Origin: Candidatus Melainabacteria bacterium
Lineage (GTDB): Bacteria; Cyanobacteriota; Vampirovibrionia; Vampirovibrionales; Vampirovibrionaceae
Assembly (NCBI GenBank): GCA_902168245.1
Contig: CABHPA010000085.1
Coordinates: 14,805 to 78,804 of the forward strand
DNA: 64,000 bases
Direction: 5' to 3'
Made by a program: the position numbers and the translations under genes. Shown here piece by piece: positions 9,577 through 19,808 of the stretch. Numbering within the stretch: the first letter of the stretch is position 1; each line of letters opens with the position of its first letter. The notes beneath the pieces are model-generated. The model was not told the DNA's origin, did no database searches, and saw only the letters and a program-made list of their open reading frames with translations.

Positions 9577-10286
9577 GCTAGGCTCCCTTCCGCCGCCACG
9601 GAGGTGTTAACGCGCTCTCCGGTCAGCAGGCAGGCATGCAGATCGTGGGCAAAGTTGCGTACGCGGGCCAGGATTTTCTTGTTGCTGTTGGTCAAGGCGT
9701 TGTAGCCCAGCACGGCAGGAATCGCCACGGCCAAGCCGAAGGCGGTCATAATCAGGGCTTCGCCCACCGGCCCGGCGACTTTATCGATACTGGCCTGACC
9801 GGAAACGCCAATACCCACCAACGCGTGATAAATGCCCCACACGGTGCCGAACAGCCCCACAAAGGGCGCGGTGCTTCCAATGGAAGCCAGCACGGATAGG
9901 CCGGATTGCAGGCTGTGGGTAATGTTCTCGATGGAGCGTCGCAGGCAACTGGTCAGCCATTCACTCAGGTTCAGAGTGCCATGCAGGTCACTTTTATTCT
10001 GGGCGTGGTGCGCAGAGGCGCTCATGCCTTCTTCCGCCAGGATTTTAAAGGGGTTTTTGGCGGAACCGACACCCAATAACTGCAAGCCTTCCTGCAGACT
10101 GCTGGTGTGCCAGAAAGATTCCCCGGCCACCGTGGCCTGACGCCACAAGCGGTTGAGCTGCAAGCTTTTCAGCACGATAACATACCAGGACAGCACCGAC
10201 ATGGAAAGCAACATGAGCGCCACAAAGCGGGTAATCCAATCGCCCTGCTGCCAGAGGTTCATGAGTCCGTAAGGATTCGGGTTCAT
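9573..10286 (-). CDS. exbB: MotA/TolQ/ExbB proton channel
   Basis: Three TM segments; APFVGLFGTVWGI signature; 4-nt overlap with exbD. Confidence 0.85.
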   Translation of the reverse strand: MNPNPYGLMNLWQQGDWITRFVALMLLSMSVLSWYVIVLKSLQLNRLWRQATVAGESFWHTSSLQEGLQLLGVGSAKNPFKILAEEGMSASAHHAQNKSDLHGTLNLSEWLTSCLRRSIENITHSLQSGLSVLASIGSTAPFVGLFGTVWGIYHALVGIGVSGQASIDKVAGPVGEALIMTAFGLAVAIPAVLGYNALTNSNKKILARVRNFAHDLHACLLTGERVNTSVAAEGSLA

Positions 10287-11131
10287 TAGTTGTCTCCTTG
10301 GTTGAGTTTGAATACGATAGGAACCTGCACCCAGGCGGCCACGGCGGCTTCGCCCAGCTTGGCGGGAATAAATTTCCAGCGGCGCACCGCTTTAACGGCG
10401 GATTCATCCAGTAGCTCAGAGCCGCTGCTGGCCAGCAATTTCACCTCGTCGGCCGCGCCGTTCACCGACACCAGAACCCGCAGCATCACCCGGCCCTGTT
10501 CGCCCATGCGCTTGGCAATGGCCGGATATTTGGGAGCCGGGTTGTTCAGGTAGGCTACCCCGAACTTGGGCGGCGTGAGGGAAGTTCCCTGTCCGGAGGC
10601 CAAAGCCCTGGGCGGGGCGGGCGGCGCGCTTTCGGAACCGTTGTGGACGGACGATTGGTTGCCCTGCCCGGTACCGGCTGCGCCCTGCTGCCCCGCTTGA
10701 GAACCGGCGGCGGCGGCATTGGATGAAAGGGCCGTTTCCGAACGGGTGGTTAGTTGTGGGGAAGTGACCGGCTGGTTTTGGGCCGTCGATTTGGCCTGCC
10801 GGGAGGACGGGGCGGCCTTTGCCTTGGGCGGCATGATTGAAGGCGTGACGGCAGCCTGAGGCTTTTCCTGCACCAGTATCGGCACCGGCGCTGCTTGCGG
10901 AGAGGCTACAATGGACGCCTCGACCGGGGTGGTGATAATTTTGACCATCACCAGCGGCGGGGGCGTTTTTTCGTGCTTTTCAGGCGGCAAGGAATGATGG
11001 TTGGCGGAGAAATTCAGGAACAAGACCAGCAAGCCCACGTGGGCCAGCATTACGCCTGCCAATATCCACGCCTGAACGCCTTGCGGTTTTACCTGCCCGC
11101 CATTCACGGAAATACTCATACATCGCTCCAC
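10286..11131 (-). CDS. tonB: Energy transducer TonB
   Basis: N-terminal TM, Pro/Ala/Gln-rich spacer, C-terminal TonB_C-like domain ([13 protein letters not shown]...RRWKF). Confidence 0.8.
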   Translation of the reverse strand: MERCMSISVNGGQVKPQGVQAWILAGVMLAHVGLLVLFLNFSANHHSLPPEKHEKTPPPLVMVKIITTPVEASIVASPQAAPVPILVQEKPQAAVTPSIMPPKAKAAPSSRQAKSTAQNQPVTSPQLTTRSETALSSNAAAAGSQAGQQGAAGTGQGNQSSVHNGSESAPPAPPRALASGQGTSLTPPKFGVAYLNNPAPKYPAIAKRMGEQGRVMLRVLVSVNGAADEVKLLASSGSELLDESAVKAVRRWKFIPAKLGEAAVAAWVQVPIVFKLNQGDN

Positions 11132-11799
11132 ATACGCAACAAGTTATGATAGCAACCAGTTAACCGCACCACTGCCGGGCTGTCGCCTTCCTGCCGCCGC
11201 AAGGTCTGGATGGACAGATCCATATCGAACAGCAACCTGCGCTGATCATCGCTACGGATCATGCTTTCCACCCAGAAGAAAGACGCCAGGCGGCTGCCTC
11301 GCGTCACCGGCTCCACCCGGTGGATGCTGGAGGAAGGGTACAGAATCAAGTCCCCGGCGGGCAGCTTGACGCGCTGAACGCCAAAGGTATCCTCAATCAC
11401 CAGTTCGCCGCCATCATATTCATCCGGCTCGCTCAGGAAAAGCGTCACCGACACATCCGTGCGAACCCATGCGCCCGTGGTAATGGAGGTGCGCACTGAA
11501 TTATCCACGTGGCTGCCGAAAGAGTTAGAATCCCCATCGTATCGGTTAAACAACGGCGGAAAGGTTTTCTTGGGCAAACTGCCGCTGAAGAACAGCGCGC
11601 TTTTGCCCAGGGCATCCACAATTAACGCGCGGGCCGCACAAGCCGCCTCGGAATTTTCCGGCAACTGGCGGTTGTTTTTCACCTGTTCCGACTGGGTTCC
11701 CGCCGTTACCTTCCCGTCCTGCCAATCGGCATGCTCAATCAGCTCGCGGCAGCGGGCCAAAACTTCGGGAGATAAAACGTCGGGAACTCTTAGTAACAT
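11116..11799 (-). CDS. Fe(II)/2-oxoglutarate-dependent PKHD-type hydroxylase (YbiX-like)
   Basis: About 227 aa; HxD...H-type 2OG-FeII oxygenase pattern. Sits immediately downstream of the TonB-dependent receptor, as in E. coli fiu-ybiX. Confidence 0.65.
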   Translation of the reverse strand: MLLRVPDVLSPEVLARCRELIEHADWQDGKVTAGTQSEQVKNNRQLPENSEAACAARALIVDALGKSALFFSGSLPKKTFPPLFNRYDGDSNSFGSHVDNSVRTSITTGAWVRTDVSVTLFLSEPDEYDGGELVIEDTFGVQRVKLPAGDLILYPSSSIHRVEPVTRGSRLASFFWVESMIRSDDQRRLLFDMDLSIQTLRRQEGDSPAVVRLTGCYHNLLRMWSDV

Positions 11800-11809
11800 T
11801 GCAGCGCCT

Positions 11810-13984
11810 CTAGATTTTCATGCCGATGGTGAGTTGCGCGGAACGAGAGGTTCCCGGCACCACGTGGCCCGTGTAGACCCCTTCGTAATACTTCGCGTTC
11901 AGCAGGTTAAACACGTTTAGTTTAACGCTGTAATGCTTCAGCGTGTATTCCAGCATCGCGTCCACGCGGGTGTAGGCAGGCGCCCCAACCAGGTTATTGG
12001 CCGTAGAGTAGCGGAAGCCCACGCCTTCAATCCCGGCCCCCAGTTTCCATTTGCCATGGAATTTCATGGTGTAGGTGGACCACAGGCTGTAAGTATACTT
12101 GGGCGTATTCACCGGGGTTTTGTTCAGGGCAGTCGCCTGGCTGAACGAGGCTTTATCCACATTGGAATGCATCAGCGCCATGGAACTGAATACCTGCCAA
12201 TTTTTAGTAATCCGCCCGGCGGTTTCCACTTCAATCCCATCGGTGTGCCGCCTGCCGGTCAGCAAGGCCACATCGGGGCGAGATAAATCGGTGTTGCGCT
12301 CATTAAATTTCTGGGTTCTGAAGATGGCCGTGCGTACGGACAAATCCCCATCAAACAGTTCCCATTTAGCGCCTGCTTCCATGTTCCGGCTTTTTTCGGG
12401 ATCCGTGTTCGCCGTACGGTCATCCAACTGGTATAGCTCCGCCGAGGGGTTGAACGAACTGCCATAGGCCAGGTAATACGTGGACAGCTTGGTGGGTTGG
12501 TATATCAAGCCTCCCCGGTAGCTCCACACATGATCGTTGCGATCCAACGGGCCATTTGGTTGCGGCCGCTTGTACATGGCATGCATGGCGTCAAAGCGGG
12601 TACCCATCAGCAGTTTTACGTGCGGCAGAAGCTCCATGGTGTTTTGGGCGTACACGCTGTTGGTTCTGCCCACATAGCTGTTGAAGGCGGTTCGCCGGAA
12701 CGAGTCGTCAAATCCGCGCCGAATATTGGGCGTGTCATCCGGGTGTCCCACAACGGTGGTAGGGTTGGTAAAGGAACTGGTGTTATTCCAGCGTTCCGCC
12801 CGCTCCCACATGTAGGCATAGCCTGCCATCAGCTCGTGCTTGATAAAACCCGTCCTGAACTTGCCGTTATACTCCGTCTGGGCGGTAAGGGTATGTTCCA
12901 CCCCACCACGGGCTTGGCGCTGACGGTTGATGATGCTGTCCTCATCAAAGAACAGCGGCCTTTTGCCCAGAAAGCGCGGCGCAGTGGCCCGCAAATCCCG
13001 GCTATAATCGGCCTGGCGAATAATGGTGCGGATTTCATGGTCGTTGTTGAAACGGTGGGTATAGCTAAGTGTGCCAATGCTGGTGCGGTTGCGCTCGTAG
13101 TCGAAGTTAGCCATTCCAAAAAAGCGGCTGACCGGCACGTTCAAAGGGCGGCCGTCCAGGTAAGGCACCCCGTAATCCGGTATATTGTTCTCTTTCAGAA
13201 AATAATAGGCCGCCGTCACCTCGTTGGCCGTGCCGCCGCCCCAGGTTAAGGTAGGCGCAAAGCCCCAACGTTTGTTGCTGACGTTATCGCGGAAACTGCC
13301 GGTGGTAGTTCCCATCGCGTTCAGGCGAAAAGCCAGTTTATCGGTGAGGGTTTTGTTAATATCCACCGTGCCACGCAAAAAGCCATAGGTGCCGCCCGTA
13401 ATATTGGCTTCGTAATGATCCACCTGCTTGGGAAGCTTGCTCACCTGGTTAATCAGGCCACCCGTAGAGCCGCGCCCGTACAACATGGAAGCGGAGCCGC
13501 GCAGCACTTCCACTTGTTCCAGGTTGAAGGTTTCCCGGTTGTACTGGGCCATGTCCCGCAGGCCGTCCAGATACAAATCGCCCACGGCGGAATAACCGCG
13601 CAGGGTAATGTTATCACCAATCCGTCCGCCCTCACCGGCGTTGAAGGTAAGGCCCGCCACGTTGCGCAAGGCTTCTTTCAGGGTGGTGGCGTTGCGATCC
13701 TGCATTAACTGATCGGACACAATGGTAAGCGATTGCGGGATATCCTTGGGTAACTGGTTGGTTTTGCCAATGCGGGTCTGGTTGCCCTGGTAGCTCTTGT
13801 CTTCAGGCTCCTGTTTTTCCTGCACGGTTACGGCGGGCATCACGGCCTCGTCCGCAGGCGCGTCGGTGGCTTCAGCCAAATCCAGCTCCACCGGCTCCAA
13901 CTGATCATCGGCATACGCCCCAACCGAAAACGCGGAAAGCCCCAACGCCAGCGTGAGTGATAGAGGAATACAAAATCTCATCAA
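11810..13984 (-). CDS. TonB-dependent outer-membrane receptor (Fiu/catecholate-siderophore-receptor-like)
   Basis: Signal peptide, TonB-box/plug motifs, 724 aa, beta-barrel C-terminus. Confidence 0.85.
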   Translation of the reverse strand: MMRFCIPLSLTLALGLSAFSVGAYADDQLEPVELDLAEATDAPADEAVMPAVTVQEKQEPEDKSYQGNQTRIGKTNQLPKDIPQSLTIVSDQLMQDRNATTLKEALRNVAGLTFNAGEGGRIGDNITLRGYSAVGDLYLDGLRDMAQYNRETFNLEQVEVLRGSASMLYGRGSTGGLINQVSKLPKQVDHYEANITGGTYGFLRGTVDINKTLTDKLAFRLNAMGTTTGSFRDNVSNKRWGFAPTLTWGGGTANEVTAAYYFLKENNIPDYGVPYLDGRPLNVPVSRFFGMANFDYERNRTSIGTLSYTHRFNNDHEIRTIIRQADYSRDLRATAPRFLGKRPLFFDEDSIINRQRQARGGVEHTLTAQTEYNGKFRTGFIKHELMAGYAYMWERAERWNNTSSFTNPTTVVGHPDDTPNIRRGFDDSFRRTAFNSYVGRTNSVYAQNTMELLPHVKLLMGTRFDAMHAMYKRPQPNGPLDRNDHVWSYRGGLIYQPTKLSTYYLAYGSSFNPSAELYQLDDRTANTDPEKSRNMEAGAKWELFDGDLSVRTAIFRTQKFNERNTDLSRPDVALLTGRRHTDGIEVETAGRITKNWQVFSSMALMHSNVDKASFSQATALNKTPVNTPKYTYSLWSTYTMKFHGKWKLGAGIEGVGFRYSTANNLVGAPAYTRVDAMLEYTLKHYSVKLNVFNLLNAKYYEGVYTGHVVPGTSRSAQLTIGMKI

Positions 13985-14183
13985 ACAGCCTTTCTATGCA
14001 TGCCTTTATGTATACTCCGGCCTGATACGCACCCAAGTAAGCCGCGCAGGGATAACACAGCCCAAACAGGGCGAAATATCTCAACGAGTGACCACTGAGG
14101 AGGTTTTAACCAACAAATAATTGTGCCAACAATAGAAACAGACCAATTCCCCAAGGCTGATCAATTGGGTAAAGCCAGACACT

Positions 14184-14268
14184 TGAGAATTGTTCTCAGC
14201 AATATCCCTTTAATGAGAATAATTCTCAATGAGTTTTCTCAATATACACTTTGCAGAATTATCTGCAA
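14184..14268. promoter_or_regulatory. Fur-box-like palindromes and a second 18-bp palindrome in the receptor promoter region
   Basis: TGAGAATTGTTCTCA (14184-14198), TGAGAATAATTCTCA (14214-14228) and TGAGTTTTCTCA (14230-14241) resemble the Fur consensus GATAATGATAATCATTATC. Separate perfect palindrome TTGCAGAATTATCTGCAA at 14251-14268. Confidence 0.55.
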
Positions 14269-14343
14269 AAGTAAATAATTGAGCGTGGCTAAGGCAATTT
14301 AAAACCATTTACGAAAAATACCCAATTATGCTCCTAGCCTAAT

Positions 14344-15609
14344 TTATTCCTGCACAGGCGCAATTGAGGACAAGCTCCGTAAATCGCTCACCAACGCCAG
14401 ACCGGCTTCCGCATGCCGCCGCAATTCTTGCAAGACCCTCAATCGCTTTTTAGCGGCTTCAGAAGCGTGGCTTTCATGCTGCCCGAGCGCGGCATAACGG
14501 GCAATGGCATCCAGATGCCCCTGTAGTTCCTGTCCCCTGGCATCCAGCAGGTCGCTCTTTTTTTGCAGCGCCTGAATCTGCTCCTGCATAATCTTTTCCT
14601 GGTAAAACACCATGGCTAAATGTTCGGCCATGCCTTTTACAAAAAATATTTCCTGCTCGCTCCAGGGGTCAGGTTCCAGCTTGTGAAAGACCAGCACCTG
14701 CATCAGCCGGTCGTGATGCAAAACCGGCACGGTAATAATGCTGCGAATATCATACTCTCTGGAAAAATGACGCCATTCCTCGTTGCTGCCCACCACGGCG
14801 TCATTATAGGTATCCGCTGAAACCGCCATTTCCTTTTGAGCGGCAATAGCCAGGTAAGGGCAGAACTCCCAGGGCGGCATAAGGCCGGTAAAGGGTTTGA
14901 CCGACACATGGCTACGGTACTCATAGCGCACCGGGCAAACCGCATCGCCGTCAAATTCAATGATAAAGGCCCGGTTCGCCTTTAACGCCTTCGCCATTTC
15001 CGCAATCGCCACGGCAAAAAGGTTGTTCCGCCCAGCGGATTGACGCACGATCTGCAACACTTCCCGACTTTTCTTTTCCCAGTCGTACAGAGACCAGTAA
15101 CGCTCCTTGCTAAGCTGCAAGGCCAACTCCGACATTTTTTGTCCACTGGCCACATCCCGAATAAAGCAACGCGTGTAAACCGATTGATTATCCCCCGATA
15201 CGCTGCCGGAACTGATTAACACCTTGCGAATGTCCCCATTCCGGCAACGCAAACTGGCCGGATAACCCTGCAAGGTTTCCTGGTTCCTGAAACGCTGGAG
15301 AATATCTCGGCCTTCGCTCTTCTGTTCATGAAACCGGGACAGGGAGCGACCAATACAAGCTTCAGGCCGATAACCCACCAGCTCGGCCCAGGCGTCATTG
15401 GCCCTCAAAATCAGCCCTTCGGCGCTGAGCCATAAAAAACCCGCCTCGCCCCTGGCGAAAAGGTTCCAAAGACCTTCCTCATCGCGGCAAGCCTGGGTCG
15501 CATCATCCCGCTGCAACCATTCCGCACCCAAAGCATCCTGCTTGGACATGTGCTGATATTTTTGATTCGCCGCAATCTGAACCGACCGTTCGGCATACTT
15601 CGCAATCAC
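14344..15609 (-). CDS. PAS-GAF sensor protein with C-terminal coiled coil (no recognisable output domain)
   Basis: PAS-like region (WLSAEGLILRANDAWAELVGY...), GAF-like central region, Glu/Leu-rich tail. Confidence 0.55.
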   Translation of the reverse strand: MIAKYAERSVQIAANQKYQHMSKQDALGAEWLQRDDATQACRDEEGLWNLFARGEAGFLWLSAEGLILRANDAWAELVGYRPEACIGRSLSRFHEQKSEGRDILQRFRNQETLQGYPASLRCRNGDIRKVLISSGSVSGDNQSVYTRCFIRDVASGQKMSELALQLSKERYWSLYDWEKKSREVLQIVRQSAGRNNLFAVAIAEMAKALKANRAFIIEFDGDAVCPVRYEYRSHVSVKPFTGLMPPWEFCPYLAIAAQKEMAVSADTYNDAVVGSNEEWRHFSREYDIRSIITVPVLHHDRLMQVLVFHKLEPDPWSEQEIFFVKGMAEHLAMVFYQEKIMQEQIQALQKKSDLLDARGQELQGHLDAIARYAALGQHESHASEAAKKRLRVLQELRRHAEAGLALVSDLRSLSSIAPVQE

Positions 15610-15851
15610 CGTAAAAGCCCCTGTCTGAATACCACTTGCACACTATTTTCGATACCCATTGGCCTGCATTGTCCCCCAAGCTCAACCGGGATTCTATAGT
15701 CAACCTGGGCAGTTTTAAAATACCCGCCCTGGTAAATACGCCCAAAATAACACAGCCAACCCGGACTACACGGAATGTAGGATGAGCTTTCCCTCAAAAG
15801 CCGTTACGATGCCTTCAGAAGCGTGTGTCAGTTCTGAGTTTGCAATAATGA

Positions 15852-17498
15852 GTGAGCATCAAGGGCATGTTTGGCCATTTACCCATCCGCAAAATTTTCT
15901 ATGCCGCATCAGTCGTCAGTATGGCCACCGTTGCGGCAATCAGCCATTTTTACCCGGTGGCCCGCTGGGCTTATCTGGGGGTTATCCCCCTCATCGGGCT
16001 GGGCATTCAGGATATTTGCCAGACCCGGCATGCCATTAATCGCAATTTTCCGGTCATTGGCCGCCTACGTTTCCTCATGGAGTCCGTCCGGCCCGAAATT
16101 AACCAGTATTTCGTGGAATCGGACATTGACGGCACCCCCTTCAACCGGGTCAAACGCTCCAATATTTACCAGCGGGCCAAAAAGGAACTGAATACTCACC
16201 CCTTCGGCACCAAGAAAAACGTGTACGAAGTGGGTTACGAGTGGCTCAACCATTCCCTAAGCCCCAAAATGCCCGGCCAGGATGCCACTCGTGTTTCCAT
16301 CGGCGGGCCGGACTGCGAGAAGCCTTACCGGGCTTCGGTATTTAATATTTCCGCCATGAGCTACGGCGCACTGAGTAAAAACGCCATTCTGGCCCTGAAC
16401 AAAGGCGCAAAGGCCGGAAACTTCGCGCACAACACCGGCGAAGGCGGATTAAGCCCTTACCACCTGGAGGGCGGCGGGGATTTAATCTGGCAAATCGGCA
16501 CCGGGTATTTCAGTTGCCGCAAAATCGACGGCACATTCTCCGATGAAATTTTTGCGGAAAAGGCCGCGCACGAGGCCGTTAAAATGATTGAAATCAAGTT
16601 GTCTCAGGGCGCAAAACCAGGACACGGCGGCATTTTGCCCAAAGAGAAAATCACCCCGGAAATTGCCTCCATCCGCCTGGTGGAAATGGGGAAAGACGTG
16701 GTTTCCCCCCCGGCGCACACCGCGTTCAACTCTCCCGTCGGGCTGGTGGAATTTATCGGGAAGCTGCGCCGACTCTCCGGCGGCAAGCCCGTTGGCTTTA
16801 AGCTTTGCCTGGGCAGCCCGCATGAATTTTTGGCCATTTGCAAGGCCATGCTGCAAACCCAGATTTACCCAGACTTTATCACGGTCGATGGCGGCGAAGG
16901 CGGCACCGGCGCGGCGCCGCTGGAATTCTCGGATTCGGTGGGAACCCCGTTGAACGACGCACTGGCCTTTGTGCATAACGCGCTGGTGGGCTTCAATATT
17001 CGAGACCGGATTCGCGTTATCGCCAGCGGCAAAATCAGCACCGGATTCGATATTATCGCCAAACTGGCCATGGGTGCGGACATGTGCAATTCCGCCAGAG
17101 GCATGATGTTCGCCCTGGGGTGCATTCAGGCATTGCAGTGCCATGCCAACACCTGCCCCACCGGCGTGGCCACGCAAAACCCGGACTTGGTAAAAGGGTT
17201 GGTGGTGGAACATAAATGGCTGCGGGTCAAGAATTTTCATGAAGCCACAATCCACAACTTTTTGGAACTGCTAGGCGCGGCAGGCTTCAACGCGCCCAAC
17301 GAACTGGGGCCGTCCCATATTCAGCGACGTATCAGCGCCACCCAGGTGCGTAGCCTGGCGGAAATCTACAACTATATTGAACCGGGTTCCCTACTGGGGG
17401 ATGCCATTCCCCATGCCTTTCGGGAAGCCATGCAACTGGCCCACCCCGAATCGTTCTCGGCGGCCAGCAAGCCCGCGCTGCGGCTGATTAACGATTAA
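15852..17498 (+). CDS. FMN-binding glutamate synthase family protein (GltB domain-2-like)
   Basis: N-terminal TM helices; conserved GxS/FMN-binding region (ITVDGGEGGTGAAP, SGKISTGFD). Confidence 0.75.
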   Translation: MSIKGMFGHLPIRKIFYAASVVSMATVAAISHFYPVARWAYLGVIPLIGLGIQDICQTRHAINRNFPVIGRLRFLMESVRPEINQYFVESDIDGTPFNRVKRSNIYQRAKKELNTHPFGTKKNVYEVGYEWLNHSLSPKMPGQDATRVSIGGPDCEKPYRASVFNISAMSYGALSKNAILALNKGAKAGNFAHNTGEGGLSPYHLEGGGDLIWQIGTGYFSCRKIDGTFSDEIFAEKAAHEAVKMIEIKLSQGAKPGHGGILPKEKITPEIASIRLVEMGKDVVSPPAHTAFNSPVGLVEFIGKLRRLSGGKPVGFKLCLGSPHEFLAICKAMLQTQIYPDFITVDGGEGGTGAAPLEFSDSVGTPLNDALAFVHNALVGFNIRDRIRVIASGKISTGFDIIAKLAMGADMCNSARGMMFALGCIQALQCHANTCPTGVATQNPDLVKGLVVEHKWLRVKNFHEATIHNFLELLGAAGFNAPNELGPSHIQRRISATQVRSLAEIYNYIEPGSLLGDAIPHAFREAMQLAHPESFSAASKPALRLIND

Positions 17499-17719
17499 TT
17501 AGAAACACCTATCGGCTTCTCATACTAACAAATAACTTTGTCTGGCGACTATTCGGCATTTAAATGCCTGCATGTTCGACAAATTTTGGAGTTTAGGAAG
17601 CTTATCCAACTTGCCTCACCTGTCTGTACACACGGCATTGATCGTTTTGCAGCAGAGCTTACCTGTGTGCTATGTTTAACATGCCATTAATCGGCATCGT
17701 CATATAAGAGCGCGTTGAG

Positions 17720-19783
17720 ATGACTTTCCACGGTGGGTTATTACCAGGCAGCCATACCGATCCGAATGATTTAAAGGGGTTTTACGAGGGCCAGCACCGT
17801 ATAAGGGCCTGCCATCGGCAGGAGGCAGGCAAACCGGCCTTACGCAGACTCGTCGAAGAATTGGGAAGCCTTCTGGGCATGGCTCGCTGCCTGTTTTTCA
17901 GCATCAGCGGCCAGTATGCCGCATTCCAGCTTCAGGCGGAATATCGGCGCTCCAGCAACATCCCTCCCTTTCCCGCAAGCCTTTCGCAAGCGGCGCAGGC
18001 CGCAATGCTCCAGGCGGCTAACGCCTCGCAGCCTCCTTTCATGTTCAATTCTCTGGCAGATGAGGTATTGCAAGACAAACCTGCATTATCCATCCTTTTG
18101 CGTCAATGGGACGCGCAAAGCGGCATGCTTTGCCTCGTGGAGAACCATGGGCAAGCCGTCGGCCTTTTGATGGCACTATATGAGACCCCGCGCGCATGGA
18201 GCCAGCAAGAGCTTGCGCTGGCGCTGTTTGCGGTCGATCATCTGGAAATAGCCTTGCTAAAAACCGAAAACAGCCCCGGAACCATTCGCATGCAAGCGCA
18301 AATTGCCGAGAATCAGGAAAGGCTGGCCCTGTTACTGAAAGGGTCTAACGACGCCTTCTGGGAATGGAATATCCAGACGGATCAACGATACTGGAATAAC
18401 CGCTATTACGAGATTCTCGGGCTAGATCCGCTGGTAAATCAACCCTCCAAGGAATTAATCTGGCAGCTTATCCACCCGGACGACATTCCGCTGGTCGAAA
18501 AATCCATTCAAGAGGTTCTGGAAACCGGTGCCCATTACGAGATTCGGGTTCGCCTGCGGCATGCCTGCGGGGAATACCGATATGTCTTATCGCGCGCCTG
18601 TTGCAGTCGGGATGAACAAGGCAACCCACACCTGCTGGCAGGGGCATTTACCGATATCACCCAGTGGGTTCAGGCGGAGCAAACCCTGCAGGAATCGGAA
18701 GAACGGTTCCGCGCCATGGCCGATTCCTCCCCGGTCATCATTTATGTATCCGACCTACAGGGTACCGCCTACGTGAATCAATATTGCCTGGAATTTTTCG
18801 GGGCGGAACTGAAGCAACTCCACGGCAGCCAATGGGAACATTTTATTCACCCGGAGGATTTGGAAGGCTTTTACCAACACTGCTGGGAAGCCGGGCAACG
18901 GCTCGCTATTTTTAAAACCGAAGTGCGGGCCAGGAATTACCGCAACGAATACCGCTGGCTGCTGGTCACGGGCGCGCCCCGCTTGTTGCCGTCCGGCGAA
19001 TTTACGGGGTATGTGGGAGTCGCCCTGGATATTACGGATCTCAAAAACGCCCAGGAGGAGCTGAAAACATATGCCTACCAACTGGAGCAAAGCAACCGGG
19101 AACTGGAGCAGTTCGCCACCATCGCCTCCCATGATTTGCAAGAGCCACTGAGAAAAGTGCTGCTATTCAGCCACTTCATCAAAGAAACCCAGCAGGGCCA
19201 GCTAAGCGAGGGGGCGCAAGATTACCTGAGCCGCATTCAAAAAGCCACGGAACGCATGCAGGCCTTAATTACCGATTTGCTGGATCTTTCCCGCATTCAC
19301 CGAAAGGGAAAACCCTTTCGTAAAGTCAATTTAACCGAGGTTCTCGCTTGCGTCCTGTCCGATTTGCAATACACCCTCCGCGATAGCGGCGGCCAGGTTG
19401 AGGTCGGGCCACTCATTACGCTGGATGCCGATTTTAAGCAGATGCAGCAATTATTTCAGAACCTGATTGACAACGCGCTCAAATTTCACCGAAAGCAGGA
19501 AAAGCCGCTGGTTAAAATTCGGGCGGAAATGCTGAATGATCAACAATGCGAATTTTTGGTAGCGGATAACGGCATTGGGTTTGACGAGAAATACAAGGAT
19601 CGGATTTTTGGCGTGTTTGAGCGCCTGCACAGCCCCAGGGAATATGCAGGCACCGGCATCGGACTGGCCTTGTGCAAAAAAATCGTGGAACGACATCACG
19701 GCAGCATCCAGGTAAAAAGCCAGCCGGGCCAGGGGACTACTTTTATCATCCGGCTGCCCATCCGTCAGCCCAACCTAGATTAA
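17720..19783 (+). CDS. Sensor histidine kinase (GAF + 2xPAS + HisKA + HATPase_c)
   Basis: H-box ASHDLQEPLRKV; N/G boxes (NLIDNALKF, DNGIGF, GTGIGLALC); PAS motifs upstream. Confidence 0.8.
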   Translation: MTFHGGLLPGSHTDPNDLKGFYEGQHRIRACHRQEAGKPALRRLVEELGSLLGMARCLFFSISGQYAAFQLQAEYRRSSNIPPFPASLSQAAQAAMLQAANASQPPFMFNSLADEVLQDKPALSILLRQWDAQSGMLCLVENHGQAVGLLMALYETPRAWSQQELALALFAVDHLEIALLKTENSPGTIRMQAQIAENQERLALLLKGSNDAFWEWNIQTDQRYWNNRYYEILGLDPLVNQPSKELIWQLIHPDDIPLVEKSIQEVLETGAHYEIRVRLRHACGEYRYVLSRACCSRDEQGNPHLLAGAFTDITQWVQAEQTLQESEERFRAMADSSPVIIYVSDLQGTAYVNQYCLEFFGAELKQLHGSQWEHFIHPEDLEGFYQHCWEAGQRLAIFKTEVRARNYRNEYRWLLVTGAPRLLPSGEFTGYVGVALDITDLKNAQEELKTYAYQLEQSNRELEQFATIASHDLQEPLRKVLLFSHFIKETQQGQLSEGAQDYLSRIQKATERMQALITDLLDLSRIHRKGKPFRKVNLTEVLACVLSDLQYTLRDSGGQVEVGPLITLDADFKQMQQLFQNLIDNALKFHRKQEKPLVKIRAEMLNDQQCEFLVADNGIGFDEKYKDRIFGVFERLHSPREYAGTGIGLALCKKIVERHHGSIQVKSQPGQGTTFIIRLPIRQPNLD

Positions 19784-19808
19784 TCTCTATTTCGCCCGCT
19801 GACCGGCA

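Noticed and set aside
12497-13249. 250-aa plus-strand ORF inside the TonB-dependent receptor gene
   Set aside because: Antisense to a 724-aa receptor with signal peptide and beta-barrel features; no independent support.
17521-17560. Short palindrome ggcatttaaatgcc downstream of the FMN-GltS-like gene as a possible terminator
   Set aside because: 5-bp stem with no following T-run; too weak.
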